Source of the DNA: Pseudomonas aeruginosa PAO1 | GTDB taxonomy: Bacteria; Pseudomonadota; Gammaproteobacteria; Pseudomonadales; Pseudomonadaceae | Length of the DNA: 64,000 nt | Assembly: GCF_000006765.1 (NCBI RefSeq) | Contig: NC_002516.2 | Strand: one strand, 5' to 3' | Shown: piece by piece, positions 46,722-57,274 of the stretch | Layout of the letters: the number at the start of each line of letters is the position of its first letter | Numbering within the stretch: position 1 is the stretch's first letter | Notes under the pieces: model-generated | The model's database searches: none | Seen by the model: only the letters and a program-made list of their open reading frames with translations | What the model was told of the DNA's origin: nothing | Program-made: the position numbers and the translations under genes

Positions 46722-46973
46722 ATGTCAGGCGTTGTCGCTGTGCAGGTGTGTACCGCGTGGACCTCGACCCCCGAGGGCTTCATGGCGTGTCGCGAACTCG
46801 CATGGCAACAGGCCTACCTGATTCCGCCAGAGGCCGCTGGATACGTGGACATCCTGGTCAACGGTGGTTTCTCCCCGGAAGCCTTCGGCATCGGTGCCGC
46901 TGGCGTCCTGGGATCGTTCGTGACGGGGCTTTTGATTGGCTGGGTCGCGTCACTTCTTCGTAAAGCCAAGTAG
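46722..46973 (+). CDS. Minor coat protein (PA0722-like)
   Basis: GAGGA RBS; C-terminal TM GIGAAGVLGSFVTGLLIGWVASLLRKAK. Confidence 0.8.
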   Translation: MSGVVAVQVCTAWTSTPEGFMACRELAWQQAYLIPPEAAGYVDILVNGGFSPEAFGIGAAGVLGSFVTGLLIGWVASLLRKAK

Positions 46974-46985
46974 AGAGGAAACACC

Positions 46986-47234
46986 ATGAAAGCAATGAAG
47001 CAACGCATCGCCAAGTTCAGCCCGGTCGCCTCGTTCCGCAACCTGTGCATCGCCGGTTCCGTCACTGCCGCGACTTCGCTGCCGGCCTTCGCCGGGGTGA
47101 TCGACACCAGCGCGGTGGAATCGGCGATCACCGATGGCCAGGGCGATATGAAGGCCATTGGCGGCTACATCGTCGGCGCCCTGGTGATCCTGGCCGTTGC
47201 CGGCCTGATCTACAGCATGTTGCGCAAGGCGTAA
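46986..47234 (+). CDS. coaB: Major coat protein precursor
   Basis: Mature GVIDTSAVESAITDGQGDMKAIGGYIVGALVILAVAGLIYSMLRKA = Pf1 coat. Confidence 0.97.
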   Translation: MKAMKQRIAKFSPVASFRNLCIAGSVTAATSLPAFAGVIDTSAVESAITDGQGDMKAIGGYIVGALVILAVAGLIYSMLRKA

Positions 47235-47237
47235 CGG

Positions 47238-47315
47238 GTGCTCTGGTCGGTGTGGTTGGGGGCGTTCTTCGCCGGCGCCTTCATCACCGGGTACCGGACC
47301 GGCGAATTCTTCTAA
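47238..47315 (+). CDS. Candidate 25-aa hydrophobic peptide
   Basis: GTG 3 nt after the coaB TAA; MLWSVWLGAFFAGAFITGYRTGEFF; ends just before the terminator. Confidence 0.5.
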   Translation: MLWSVWLGAFFAGAFITGYRTGEFF

Positions 47316-47333
47316 CCGAACAGACCGAGGCGG

Positions 47334-47369
47334 AAGCCCCCTCCGGAGTTTCCGGCAGGGGGCTTTTTT
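47334..47369 (+). terminator. Central inovirus terminator after coat genes
   Basis: AAGCCCCCT-CCGGA-GTT-TCCGG-C-AGGGGGCTT-TTTT. Confidence 0.88.
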
Positions 47370-48632
47370 GTGTGGGGTCTTACGATGAAGTTTGCGAGCC
47401 TGATTCTGATGCTTCTCTTTGCCACGGTGGCGAGGGCTGAGGATTACTACTGGAAAATTCAGTCACTGCCTGAACGCTTTTCTTCGCCCTCGGCAGCTTG
47501 CGCGGCGTGGGCCAAAGCCACGGGACGCCCTGGGGAGTTCACCTTCACCGGGTCTATGAAAGCCCGTGACCAGACCTCGTTTTGGTGCGAGTTCACGAAC
47601 AACGAAACCGGCAAGACTGCTGCCGGGTATGGTCCTGCCGGACGCTATGGCGATAGCTGTCCCGAGGGGACGGAATACGATAAGGCGACCGGGGTTTGTA
47701 AGTCGCCTCCGCAAGAATGCAAGGAAGGCGAACTGTTCCCGGCCAAAGGCCCGGACTCTCCCGTGGTTACCTCGGGAGGCCGTAACTATGTCGGTGACGG
47801 CGGCGCCCCGACCGCCTGCTATCAAAGCTGTGAGTATGGCGGCAATCCCAGCCCGGCCAGTTGCTATCTGGTCAAAGGCTCCACCACGACCGGCTTCTGC
47901 AATTACATCCTCAAGGGCACCGGACAGAATTGCGGTGCCGATTCCTACACCTTCTCCCAGACCGGCGATTCGCTGAACCCGCCCGACACTCCGAACACCG
48001 ATCCTTCCGACCCGAACGACCCCGGCTGCCCGCCCGGCTGGTCGTGGTCGGGAACTACCTGCGTCAAGGCCCCGACCGATCCCACGGATCCAACCGACCC
48101 GACCACGCCGGGCAGTGACGGCGGCGGCGATGGCAATGGCGGTGGAAACAATAACGGCGGCGGCAATGACGGCGGCACCGGCAATGGCGGCGACGGCAGC
48201 GGGGGAGGGGACGGCAACGGCGGGGGCGATGGTAGCGGCGACGGTGACGGCAGCGGCACGGGCGGCGATGGCAACGGCACCTGCGACCCGGCGAAAGAGA
48301 ACTGCTCCACCGGCCCCGAAGGCCCCGGCGGCGAACTCAAGGAGCCCACGCCCGGCACCTGGGATGACGCCATCGCCACCTGGGAAAAGAAGGTCGAGGA
48401 CGCCAAGCAAGAACTCAAGACCAAGGTGAAGGCCAACGTCGATCAGATGAAGGGCGCCTTCGACCTCAACCTGGCGGAAGGCGGCGGGCAACTGCCCTGC
48501 GAGTCCATGACCATTTGGGGCAAGTCCTACTCCCTCTGTATCTCCGACTACGCCGGCCAACTCTCCAGCCTGCGCGTGGCGCTGCTGCTGATGGCCGCGC
48601 TGATCGCCGCCCTCATTCTGCTGAAGGACTGA
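47370..48632 (+). CDS. coaA: Adsorption protein pIII
   Basis: Signal peptide, Cys-rich domains, PTDPTDP and GGDGNGGG linkers, C-terminal TM; start could be ATG 47385. Confidence 0.92.
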   Translation: MWGLTMKFASLILMLLFATVARAEDYYWKIQSLPERFSSPSAACAAWAKATGRPGEFTFTGSMKARDQTSFWCEFTNNETGKTAAGYGPAGRYGDSCPEGTEYDKATGVCKSPPQECKEGELFPAKGPDSPVVTSGGRNYVGDGGAPTACYQSCEYGGNPSPASCYLVKGSTTTGFCNYILKGTGQNCGADSYTFSQTGDSLNPPDTPNTDPSDPNDPGCPPGWSWSGTTCVKAPTDPTDPTDPTTPGSDGGGDGNGGGNNNGGGNDGGTGNGGDGSGGGDGNGGGDGSGDGDGSGTGGDGNGTCDPAKENCSTGPEGPGGELKEPTPGTWDDAIATWEKKVEDAKQELKTKVKANVDQMKGAFDLNLAEGGGQLPCESMTIWGKSYSLCISDYAGQLSSLRVALLLMAALIAALILLKD

Positions 48633-48636
48633 CCCT

Positions 48637-48993
48637 ATGGAATGGCTCTCCGGTTTTCTCGATCAGATCATCGCCTTCTTCCAGTGGATCTGGGACTTCT
48701 TCGCCCAAGGCATCTATGACTTCGTGCGCGACGGCCTGGTGGTCGCCACCAAGGCGTCGATGTACGCCGCGCTCCAGACCCTGATCCTGCTGATCGATGT
48801 CAGCTACACCGCCGCCCGCGAACTGATCGACAGCCTTGGCGTGCCGCAGATGATCCGCAGCATGTATGCCGCGCTGCCGGGTCCGATTGCGGCGGGGCTG
48901 GCCTTCTTCGGCGTGCCGCAGGCGCTGAACATCATCATGGTCGCGGCGGCGACGCGCTTCTGCATGCGCTTCGTGCCGTTCATTGGGAGGTGA
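48637..48993 (+). CDS. Minor coat protein pVI-like
   Basis: 118-aa hydrophobic protein between pIII and Zot. Confidence 0.82.
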   Translation: MEWLSGFLDQIIAFFQWIWDFFAQGIYDFVRDGLVVATKASMYAALQTLILLIDVSYTAARELIDSLGVPQMIRSMYAALPGPIAAGLAFFGVPQALNIIMVAAATRFCMRFVPFIGR

Positions 48994-48996
48994 TCC

Positions 48997-50271
48997 GTGT
49001 CGATCAAGATCCACCACGGCCCCAATGGCTCCTACAAGACCTCCGGCGCGATCCAGGATGACGCCGTGCCCGCGCTGAAAGACGGGCGGGTGATCATCAC
49101 CAACGTGCGCGGCTTCACCCTGGAGCGGGCCTATCAGGTCTTTCCGGACCTGCCCAACACGGCGGAAATCATCAACCTCGATCTGGAGTCGCTGGAAGAC
49201 CTCGAAAAGATGCGCACGTGGTTTCAGTGGGCGCCCCGCGGTGCCTTCCTGATCTTCGACGAAACCCAACTGCTGTTTCCCAAATCCTGGCGGGAAAAAG
49301 ACCTCGAGCGCTTCGACTACCCCGGTGGACCGGAAGCGGCCCACGCGGCCGACCGCCCCATGGGCTGGCTCGACGCCTGGACCCGGCATCGGCATTTCAA
49401 CTGGGACATTGTCCTCACCACGCCGAACATCTCCTACATCCGCGACGATATCCGCATGACCTGCGAGATGGCCTACAAGCATTCCAACCTCGCGGTGATC
49501 GGCATCCCTGGCCGCTACAAGGAGGCCCAGCATGACGCCCAACTCAACCGTCCGCCCGCCGATGGCACCATCATCGAGTACAAGCGGATCCGAAAGCAGA
49601 CCTTCGCCCTCTACCAGTCCACGGCCACCGGCAAGACCCAGGACACCAAGGCGGGCAAGAGCCTCTTCCGGTCGCCTAAGCTGGTTCTTCTACTGGCATT
49701 GCTGGCCGGCACTATTGGCTTTGTCTGGTATATGGGGCCTCTGCGCACGATTGGCGCTCCGGCTGCTGCGACACCTGCCGACGCTCCTGGCGACCCTGCT
49801 CAAGCCCCTGCTGCGCCCGCTGCTGTGGCTGCTCCAACGCGTCCTGCTGCGAATAGCTTTCTTCCTCCTGGGCTTGTACCTGATGGGCCTGCTGCTGCGC
49901 CTGTTGATCTGAACGCCCATCCCTTCGCCGATCGGCGGATCTCCATCCTTGCCCACGCCTACCGCAAGTCGCGGGGCGACATTTACATGTTCGCCCTGGA
50001 CGATCCCACGGGCCGGCGCCTGGAACTCACCAGTTGGCAACTGATCGGCTCCGGCTACCGGGTAACGCCCAAGGGCGAGTGCGTCGTAGAGCTTCGCTAT
50101 GAGGAGTGGAAACAGACCGTCACCTGTACCGGGAGGCAGCCCGGCGCGGTGGCCAGCATCGTTCCGGCAGCGCCTGTTGCCGCCTCCGCAGACGCACCGG
50201 CCAGGGGGCAGTCGCCGCTGACCATCGTCCCCGATTCCGAATACGCCTCGCGGCCCTGGAGGCAGAAATGA
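48997..50271 (+). CDS. Zot / pI morphogenesis ATPase
   Basis: [10 protein letters not shown] Walker A, LIFDETQ Walker [15 protein letters not shown]. Confidence 0.93.
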   Translation: MSIKIHHGPNGSYKTSGAIQDDAVPALKDGRVIITNVRGFTLERAYQVFPDLPNTAEIINLDLESLEDLEKMRTWFQWAPRGAFLIFDETQLLFPKSWREKDLERFDYPGGPEAAHAADRPMGWLDAWTRHRHFNWDIVLTTPNISYIRDDIRMTCEMAYKHSNLAVIGIPGRYKEAQHDAQLNRPPADGTIIEYKRIRKQTFALYQSTATGKTQDTKAGKSLFRSPKLVLLLALLAGTIGFVWYMGPLRTIGAPAAATPADAPGDPAQAPAAPAAVAAPTRPAANSFLPPGLVPDGPAAAPVDLNAHPFADRRISILAHAYRKSRGDIYMFALDDPTGRRLELTSWQLIGSGYRVTPKGECVVELRYEEWKQTVTCTGRQPGAVASIVPAAPVAASADAPARGQSPLTIVPDSEYASRPWRQK

Positions 50272-50369
50272 TCGATTGGGAATTCCTCGCCCCGGTGGCG
50301 ATGGGCTGGGCGCTGCATCACTGGTGGACGGTGATGACGGCGCTAGCGGCGGTAGGGGTGCCGCCATGA
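50268..50369 (+). CDS. Candidate 33-aa membrane peptide
   Basis: GGAGG RBS, ATGA overlap with the zot stop; [33 protein letters not shown]. Confidence 0.6.
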   Translation: MIDWEFLAPVAMGWALHHWWTVMTALAAVGVPP

Positions 50370-50456
50370 GGGGCGGGCCGCGCCGCCGGCCGGGAGCGCA
50401 AGGCATGAGCGATAGGCCGAAGGCGCGGCCGACGCCCCTGTAACACGTCAGATAAG
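50370..50456 (+). other. Candidate rolling-circle (double-strand) origin
   Basis: GGGGCG-GGCCGCGCC ... GGCGCGGCC-GA-CGCCCC stem (50370-50438) followed by TGTAACACGTCAGATAAG, directly upstream of rep. Confidence 0.5.
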
Positions 50457-50500
50457 CCACCTATTGCGGTTTCAATTCGTACCAATTTGGATCGTTAAAG

Positions 50501-51793
50501 ATGAAGAAAATCAGCCATCAAATTCGCGTCAGTATCGAGTCGGACGGTCAGGTCTTGGAAAGCCCGAAAGGGCGGTTGTTCTTCGACGACACCACGGCTC
50601 AATTCACCGACCTGTCAGGCGTGCGCATTCTGCGGTGCGGCGTGGATACGGTGCGGCAGTTGTACAACGGCAAACTCCGGCCGGAAGTCATGGCGCTGTT
50701 TGACCTCTCGGTGGATGTGGTCGAGTTCGCCGGCTACGAGTGGTCCAAGGGCCGCATCGGTCGCGACTCCGGCTATCAGTACCGCCTGCAGAACGCTGAA
50801 ATGGGTCTGATCCTGCTAATCAAGAATCACAACATCAAGGTCGACACCATTGGCTCGCACCTCAAGATCGAGGTATCGCCTCACGCCCTCGATGGCGCCG
50901 ATCCGCGCATCCTCCAGGGCGTGCTGGATGATTTGGCCGCTGCCGTGCTGAGTCACTGCGAAACCAACCAAGCCGCTGTGCATATCGCCTTGGACGTGCA
51001 GGGCTGGAAACCGCCTCGCGATCTGGTGGACCGCATGCATTGTCGCTCGCGTCGGGTGCGACAAATCAGTGGGATCGAGCGGATCGAATTCGACGGCAAC
51101 GCCTCGGTCTACGGGCGTGGCGAGACGTACATGTTCGGCTCGGCCAACGGCCTGCAACTGTCGATCTATAACAAGACCCTCCAGGCTCGGGCCACCGACA
51201 AGCTCGACTATTGGGAAAGCGTGTGGGCGACCCTGAACGGGGATCCGTTCGGCGATGGCGACCCGGCCTATAACCCCCTGGAAACGGTCTGGCGGCTCGA
51301 ATTCCGCTTCCATCACTCCATCGTCCAGCAGTTCTCCGAAGGCTCGCGCATGGCTTCGGGAGAGGTCATTGGCTGCCGCACCTATGAGGGGCTTTGCCCG
51401 CACCTGCAAGGACTGTGGAACTACGCCTGCGAAAGCTTCAAGCTGCTGAGCCGGACGGCGGTCTACGATCCGTTCTGGAGCCTGATCAGCCAGGACGCCC
51501 GCGTCCAGGTCGAGTGCGATCCGCTGATCGAGCGCACCGAGTATCGGCGCTATTACAAGACCGCCAAGGGCTTTAGCGGGCGTAACTGCGAGATGTTTCT
51601 CGGCCAGTTCGTGAGCCTGATCGCGCGGGAGCGTGTCCCGGCAAAAAAGGCTATTGAGTCCGCCCGTAAACTGGAGTTCTGGCACGTTATCGAAGACCAC
51701 TATCTCGCCAAGGGTTGGACTCGTCGCGATCTGGAAAGGCACATACACAAGCTGATGTGTGATCGGTATCTGCGGCGGGGGTATGCCGTCTAA
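50501..51793 (+). CDS. Phage replication initiation protein
   Basis: 430 aa; HIALDVQGW, GETYMFGS, QLSIYNKT, VWRLEFRF Rep_trans-like motifs. Confidence 0.9.
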   Translation: MKKISHQIRVSIESDGQVLESPKGRLFFDDTTAQFTDLSGVRILRCGVDTVRQLYNGKLRPEVMALFDLSVDVVEFAGYEWSKGRIGRDSGYQYRLQNAEMGLILLIKNHNIKVDTIGSHLKIEVSPHALDGADPRILQGVLDDLAAAVLSHCETNQAAVHIALDVQGWKPPRDLVDRMHCRSRRVRQISGIERIEFDGNASVYGRGETYMFGSANGLQLSIYNKTLQARATDKLDYWESVWATLNGDPFGDGDPAYNPLETVWRLEFRFHHSIVQQFSEGSRMASGEVIGCRTYEGLCPHLQGLWNYACESFKLLSRTAVYDPFWSLISQDARVQVECDPLIERTEYRRYYKTAKGFSGRNCEMFLGQFVSLIARERVPAKKAIESARKLEFWHVIEDHYLAKGWTRRDLERHIHKLMCDRYLRRGYAV

Positions 51794-52776
51794 TGTCGAT
51801 CACCAAGCTCCCCGATGGCCGTTGGTTCGTCGATGTAGAACCGATCAAGGGCAAGCGCTTTCGCAAGCGGTTCAAGACCAAGATGGAGGCGCAGCAATTC
51901 GAGGCCACCGCGCGTCAGAAGTGTGCGGAAAACCCCTGCTGGACGCTCAGGCCGAAGGACCGTCGGCGTCTCTCGGAGTTGGTCGAACTCTGGTATGAAC
52001 TGCACGGCCAGACCTTGAGCAACGGGCATCGTTGCGTGGCGATTCTGCGGTTGGTGGCAAAGGACCTGGGCGACCCGGTCGCTGTCTCCCTGGAGCCTGC
52101 GAAAGTGGCTCGGTTGCGTAGCCGACAGATAGCCAATGGCATGTCGGGCAAGACCGCGAACAACCGTCTTGGCTACCTCAAGTCCATGTACAACGAATTG
52201 CGCCAACTCGGCGTCATTGACTATGAGAATCCGGTAGGGCGCATGCGGCCGCTCAAGCTTCAGGAAAGACCGTTGTCGTACCTGACCAAGCATCAGGTGT
52301 CCGAACTGCTTACGGCCCTGGATGCGCGCACCACGTCGCCACATCCGAAGATGGTCGCTCGTATCTGCCTCGCGACAGGGGCTCGATGGGGTGAGGCTCA
52401 GGCGCTGACGCCGGAACGTCTGAAAGGTAATACGGTGATCTTTGCCAACACTAAGTCCAAGCGTGTGCGCTCGGTGCCGATCTCGGAAGAATTGGGCGCC
52501 GACCTTCGCCGGCATTGGCAGACCCACGGGCCGTTCACGAACTGCCTTGGCGTGTTCCGCCTGGTGCTGCTGTCGACCTCGATCAAGCTGCCGAAGGGGC
52601 AGGCCAGCCACGTACTGCGCCACACGTTCGCCAGTCACTTCATCATGAACGGCGGGCACATCGTGACCCTACAGCACATCCTGGGGCACGCCTCGTTGTC
52701 GATGACGATGCGATATGCGCACCTCTCCCAAGACCACCTATCTGAGGCTGTTCGATTCAACCCGCTCATAGGTTGA
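51793..52776 (+). CDS. intF4: Tyrosine integrase
   Basis: TGARWGE, KSKRVR, HVLRHTFASHF, ILGH, RYAH catalytic residues. Confidence 0.95.
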   Translation: MSITKLPDGRWFVDVEPIKGKRFRKRFKTKMEAQQFEATARQKCAENPCWTLRPKDRRRLSELVELWYELHGQTLSNGHRCVAILRLVAKDLGDPVAVSLEPAKVARLRSRQIANGMSGKTANNRLGYLKSMYNELRQLGVIDYENPVGRMRPLKLQERPLSYLTKHQVSELLTALDARTTSPHPKMVARICLATGARWGEAQALTPERLKGNTVIFANTKSKRVRSVPISEELGADLRRHWQTHGPFTNCLGVFRLVLLSTSIKLPKGQASHVLRHTFASHFIMNGGHIVTLQHILGHASLSMTMRYAHLSQDHLSEAVRFNPLIG

Positions 52777-52822
52777 AGGCTGCGGGGGTCGACAGAGGGA
52801 AAGAAAAATAGACTTGAGGTGG

Positions 52823-52852
52823 TTCAAATTCGGTCTGAATTCGGATTATGAT
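52823..52852 (+). promoter_or_regulatory. pfiAT promoter with overlapping palindromic operator
   Basis: TTCAAA-18bp-TATGAT overlapping AATTC-N5-GAATT (52827-41). Confidence 0.55.
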
Positions 52853-52959
52853 GTTGGAGCCGACGGTAGACAGACTGCCGACGCGCGAATCCCACTCGTC
52901 GCCTGGATATGGAGCGTGGTGGAGTTCGAACACCGTAGAACCTGAGTTCCAGGCCTTAA

Positions 52960-53598
<639 letters not shown>

Positions 53599-53636
53599 TG
53601 GCTTTCTACTCCTGAGCATGTAGCGCTGAATGCGCC

Positions 53637-53653
53637 TCGACACTTCTTCGACA
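53637..53653 (+). promoter_or_regulatory. Candidate integrase arm-type sites (right arm)
   Basis: TCGACAC-TTCT-TCGACA, 11-bp period, matching 41431-41447. Confidence 0.55.
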
Positions 53654-53667
53654 CCTTTCCTTCCCCC

Positions 53668-53708
53668 AAAAAGCAAAGCCCCCGAAACGCTAGGCATTTC
53701 AGGGGCTT
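53668..53708 (-). terminator. Phage-supplied terminator for tRNA-Gly
   Basis: Minus strand AAGCCCCTGAAA-N9-TTTCGGGGGCTT-TGCTTTTT. Confidence 0.75.
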
Positions 53709-53720
53709 GGCAGGGTGATT

Positions 53721-53747
53721 TGGAGCGGGCGAAGGGAATCGAACCCT
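53721..53747. repeat. attR
   Basis: 27-bp repeat identical to 41311-41337; comprises the tRNA T-arm and acceptor 3' end. Confidence 0.97.
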
Positions 53748-53794
53748 CGTCATGAGCTTGGGAAGCTCAGGTAATGCCATTATACGACGCCCGC
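53721..53794 (-). tRNA. tRNA-Gly(CCC)
   Basis: GCGGGCG...TGAGC-TTCCCAA-GCTCA...GGTTCGATTCC...CGCCCGC-TCCA; 74 nt with encoded CCA. Confidence 0.97.
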
Positions 53795-53821
53795 TCGGAC
53801 GGCTTTTGCGGCCAGGGCGCC

Positions 53822-53850
53822 TTTTTACCAGATGCGCGGCGGCAGGTGAA
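53822..53850 (-). promoter_or_regulatory. Sigma70 stable-RNA promoter of tRNA-Gly
   Basis: Minus strand TTCACC-17bp-TAAAAA followed by GC-rich discriminator GGCGCCC. Confidence 0.5.
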
Positions 53851-53924
53851 GCCCGGGGCGGGGTTTTTGTTGATTTCGCTGGGTTTTTCCGCCAGGGGAG
53901 CGGGGCTCCCCGTGGCGGTGGCGG

Positions 53925-54827
53925 TTAGCTGGCGAGGGCGGCGAGGGGGACGCTGGCGCCGTTGGGCTGGGGGCGGTAGATCGGGTTGAGCGGCTGCGTG
54001 CGCTGCGGGCGGAGGAAGGCCAGCAGGGCGTCCTGGGTCTGCTGCCAGGCGGCCTTGTGCTCGACGTCGATGAAGTGGCCGGCATTGCGGATGGTGTGGA
54101 ATTCCGCGCCGCGGATCAGTTGGCCGAACTGGCGGGCTTCGTGGGGCGTGGTGTAGATGTCCAGCTCGCCGTTCATGAACAGCATCGGGATCTCGATGCC
54201 GGCGAAGCTCTCGGTATAGCTATCGGCGTTCAGGCGCAGCACTTCGCGGATATGGAAGTGCATCTGGTGGTATTCGTGCTCGTCCAGGCTGCTGACGTGG
54301 CGGAAGTTGTAGCGCTTGAACAACTGTGGCAGGTAGCGGCCGATGGTTTCGTTGACCAGGTTGCCGATCTGGGTGCGATCGCAGGCGGCGAGGTAGTCGA
54401 GGCCGCGATGCAGGTAGTCGAGCATGGCCGGGTTGAGCTGAGGCGAGAATGAGTTGACCACCGCCCTGCGGATCCGTCCGGGACGTTGCGCCAGGGCCAG
54501 CAGGGTGGCGACGCCGCCCCACGAGAACGACATCACTACCTCGGCACGGAAGCGTTCGATCAGTTCCAGCAGGATCCTGGCCTCGCATTCCTTGCTGATC
54601 GGCGTGTGGTTTTCGTTATGGGGTTTGGACTGGCCGGCATACGGCTGGTCGTAGAGCACCACGTTGTAATGCGGCTGCAGGTACTTCACGGTCTGGGCGA
54701 AGGACGCTGTGGTCGACAGCGAGCCGTTGACCAGGATGATGGTTTGCTGCGCCGCGGGGTTGCCGTAGAACTCGGTGTGAATCCTGTATTGCCCGTGGAT
54801 CTCGATGATGGCTGTTTCCGGCCTCAT
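53925..54827 (-). CDS. phaG: (R)-3-hydroxyacyl-ACP:CoA transacylase / RhlA-like alpha-beta hydrolase, 300 aa
   Basis: MRPETAIIEIHGQYRIHTE, IILVNGSLSTTASF, MSFSWGG, GHFIDVE. Confidence 0.88.
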   Translation of the reverse strand: MRPETAIIEIHGQYRIHTEFYGNPAAQQTIILVNGSLSTTASFAQTVKYLQPHYNVVLYDQPYAGQSKPHNENHTPISKECEARILLELIERFRAEVVMSFSWGGVATLLALAQRPGRIRRAVVNSFSPQLNPAMLDYLHRGLDYLAACDRTQIGNLVNETIGRYLPQLFKRYNFRHVSSLDEHEYHQMHFHIREVLRLNADSYTESFAGIEIPMLFMNGELDIYTTPHEARQFGQLIRGAEFHTIRNAGHFIDVEHKAAWQQTQDALLAFLRPQRTQPLNPIYRPQPNGASVPLAALAS

Positions 54828-54919
54828 GTCGCTTCCTCCTGGAATCGTTCGATGGGAACGCGGCGACCTGCTTGTCGCGGCGAATACAAAATGCTCATGG
54901 GCAGATGAAAGCGCCTCCC

Positions 54920-54939
54920 AATGACAGTTGAATGTCATT
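54920..54939. promoter_or_regulatory. Inverted repeat upstream of phaG, candidate regulator site
   Basis: AATGACA-GTTGAA-TGTCATT. Confidence 0.4.
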
Positions 54940-55278
54940 CGGATGGATTTGATAAACTTTTGATTTTCAACGACTTACAGGCAAATAGAGAGCGTCCGAA
55001 ATCCTCTCGGATTTTGGCGAAGCGGCTATTGGCCGGGCAGGAAAGGCCGGCGCCTAAGCGCGGGCAGTCACGCGGGCTTTCTTGGAAGTCGTTTGTGACT
55101 TGTCAGTCACAACGTGAGCGTCAGTTAAGCAGCCGGCGTGCCGGGCTGCAAGCCCTGTTTCGCTTTTGGATGGGGGAAGGGGGGCTGGAATCCGACGAAA
55201 TGCCGCGAGGCAAGTACCGATGCTGCGATTTCGGGATGCCGGGAAGGAAAGGGACGGCGCGGCCGCCGCCCCGGCGGT

Positions 55279-56016
55279 TCATTTGAGCAGGCTGGCGATG
55301 ACTTCCGGCGTACGCGCCGCACGTGCCACGGCGCAGCTCTGCGGGGCGAGGAAGCGCGAGGTTTCCAGCCACTTCGGTTGCGGGTAATAGGCGAACACGT
55401 AGCTGCCGCGCTTGAGGGTGTTGATCAGCCGGGCCGCCACGGCCGGGCGTACCGCAGGGCAGCCCTGGCTGCGGCCCAGACGACCGAGCCCGGGAACCAC
55501 CCTGGGATCGGCGTAGGCAGCGGAATGCATGACGATGGCGCGTTCTTCGCTCTTGTCGTTGAAGCCCGGCTCCAGGCCAACCAGGCGCAGCGACTGACCA
55601 TGCTTGCCGGTATAGAGCTGGCCGGTCTGGAACAGCCCGATCGACGACTGGTAGCTGTTCGGCCGGTTGGAGAAGGAGGTGGCAAGGTCATCGCCGCTGT
55701 TCTTGCCGTGGGTCACCCACTCTTCGAAGAGCAGCTTGCGGGTCTTCAGGTCGAATACCCAGAGACGCTTGTCGCGCGACGGCCGCGAGTAGTCGATCAC
55801 CGTCAGCAGGCCGTTGTCGCCGCCCTGGCTGGCACTCGCGCAGGCATAGGCGGTAAGGGCCAGTTCGAGGGTTGGCAGGCTGGCCTGTGGAGCGAGTTTC
55901 TGCAGGTCCTTGGCGGAGGGAAGTGGCATGGCGAATACCGGCCCGCTGGCCAGTGCGCAAAGGGTGGCGCCCGCCAGGCTCAGCCTGCGCAGGGCGGCAC
56001 GGAGGAAGGTTGGCAT
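55279..56016 (-). CDS. YkuD_2-type murein L,D-transpeptidase catalytic-domain protein
   Basis: LTVIDYSRPS..KRLWVFDL, AIVMHSAAY, GRSQGCPAV. Confidence 0.87.
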   Translation of the reverse strand: MPTFLRAALRRLSLAGATLCALASGPVFAMPLPSAKDLQKLAPQASLPTLELALTAYACASASQGGDNGLLTVIDYSRPSRDKRLWVFDLKTRKLLFEEWVTHGKNSGDDLATSFSNRPNSYQSSIGLFQTGQLYTGKHGQSLRLVGLEPGFNDKSEERAIVMHSAAYADPRVVPGLGRLGRSQGCPAVRPAVAARLINTLKRGSYVFAYYPQPKWLETSRFLAPQSCAVARAARTPEVIASLLK

Positions 56017-56095
56017 ACGAGCAGTATTCCCATCGGTTCAGTGTGGTTTTTACCGGATGAGAGGCATTGTGCTCGATTTTTGAACAACTTGCCGA

Positions 56096-57139
56096 CTACT
56101 TTTTAAGCGATTTCGTCGGATTGTTCGGTGTTTCCGTGGCGATCACCGTGAAATCGGAGTCGCTGTGGGTGTCCCGGGTCGAGGCCCAGTCGGTGATCAC
56201 CAGGGTGCTGCCGACGTCCATGGCACCGAGCATTTCGCGGACGAAGGTCGGGTCCATGCGGATCTTGCCCAGTTGCTCGGAGGGTGTCAGGCCCTGTCCC
56301 GGGTTGCTCACCTGGACCACCGACCAGCGCAGGTTCGGCGAGGTCTCGCTGATTTCTTCCGGGGTCGGCTTTTCCAGCAGCGAGAACACCGCCATGCCGG
56401 TTTGCGGGCGTGCCGGCAACTGCACCGGTGCGGTGCCGATGCGCTGGCCGCCGCGATAGACATAGGCGCGCTGGTCGGCGCGGCTGATCAGCACCGACAA
56501 CGGACCGCGTTCCGCGCCGGGGTCGTTCCAGGCGATTTCTCCGGGCTCCACCGGCAGCGTCACCGGTCGCCCGTCCGCTACCGTCGGTGCCAGCAGGCCG
56601 GGGTGGTCGACTTCCTTCGGCGCGCTGCTGGCGTTGGAAATGATTACCGTGGTGGAGCTGAATCCGGTGATGCCGTAGAGCTTCTTGGCGAACGCCATGG
56701 GCAGGCGGATGCAGCCGTGGGAGGCGGGATAGCCGGGCAGGTTGCCGGCGTGCAGGGCGATGCCGTCCCAGGTCAGGCGCTGCATGTAGGGCATGGGCGC
56801 GCTGTTGTAGAGGTCGGACTTGTGGTCGACGCTCTTTTGCAGGATCGAGAACACTCCGGTCGGGGTCTCCCGGCCCTTCTTGCCGGAGCTGAGGGTGCTG
56901 ACCCCGATGGCGATACCGTTGCGGTAGATGTAGGCCTTCTGTTCGGTAAGGCTGACCACGATGGTCACTGGTCCCTGCGGGGAAACCTCAGGGTACCAGA
57001 GGTACTCGCCGGGCTTCATGCTCTTCAGCCGCGCCTTGATGTCGGCCGGCGGCAAAGGCGCGTTCGCTGGGCTGGCGGGCGCCGCGTGGAGGCTGCCGAC
57101 GGCGAAGGCCAGCAGCAGTACGGCAAGGGATCTTTTCAT
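56096..57139 (-). CDS. L,D-transpeptidase (YkuD family)
   Basis: Signal peptide; IVVSLTEQKAYIY, GIALHAG, ASHGCIRL. Confidence 0.9.
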   Translation of the reverse strand: MKRSLAVLLLAFAVGSLHAAPASPANAPLPPADIKARLKSMKPGEYLWYPEVSPQGPVTIVVSLTEQKAYIYRNGIAIGVSTLSSGKKGRETPTGVFSILQKSVDHKSDLYNSAPMPYMQRLTWDGIALHAGNLPGYPASHGCIRLPMAFAKKLYGITGFSSTTVIISNASSAPKEVDHPGLLAPTVADGRPVTLPVEPGEIAWNDPGAERGPLSVLISRADQRAYVYRGGQRIGTAPVQLPARPQTGMAVFSLLEKPTPEEISETSPNLRWSVVQVSNPGQGLTPSEQLGKIRMDPTFVREMLGAMDVGSTLVITDWASTRDTHSDSDFTVIATETPNNPTKSLKK

Positions 57140-57274
57140 TGGCGCTTTCTCTTGCTCCATGCGGGAAAGGCTGTCGCTCCGACAGATGCCATTCAGCTTA
57201 GCGTCGCTCGCGACGGCCGGCCAAACCCCTGCGGTCCGGCCTCTTTCGGTGGACAGGCGGCGGGCGGCGGGGTT

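Noticed and set aside
48115-48290. Gly/Asp/Asn-rich repeats in coaA as a novel repeat element
   Set aside because: Ordinary glycine-rich linker of inovirus pIII
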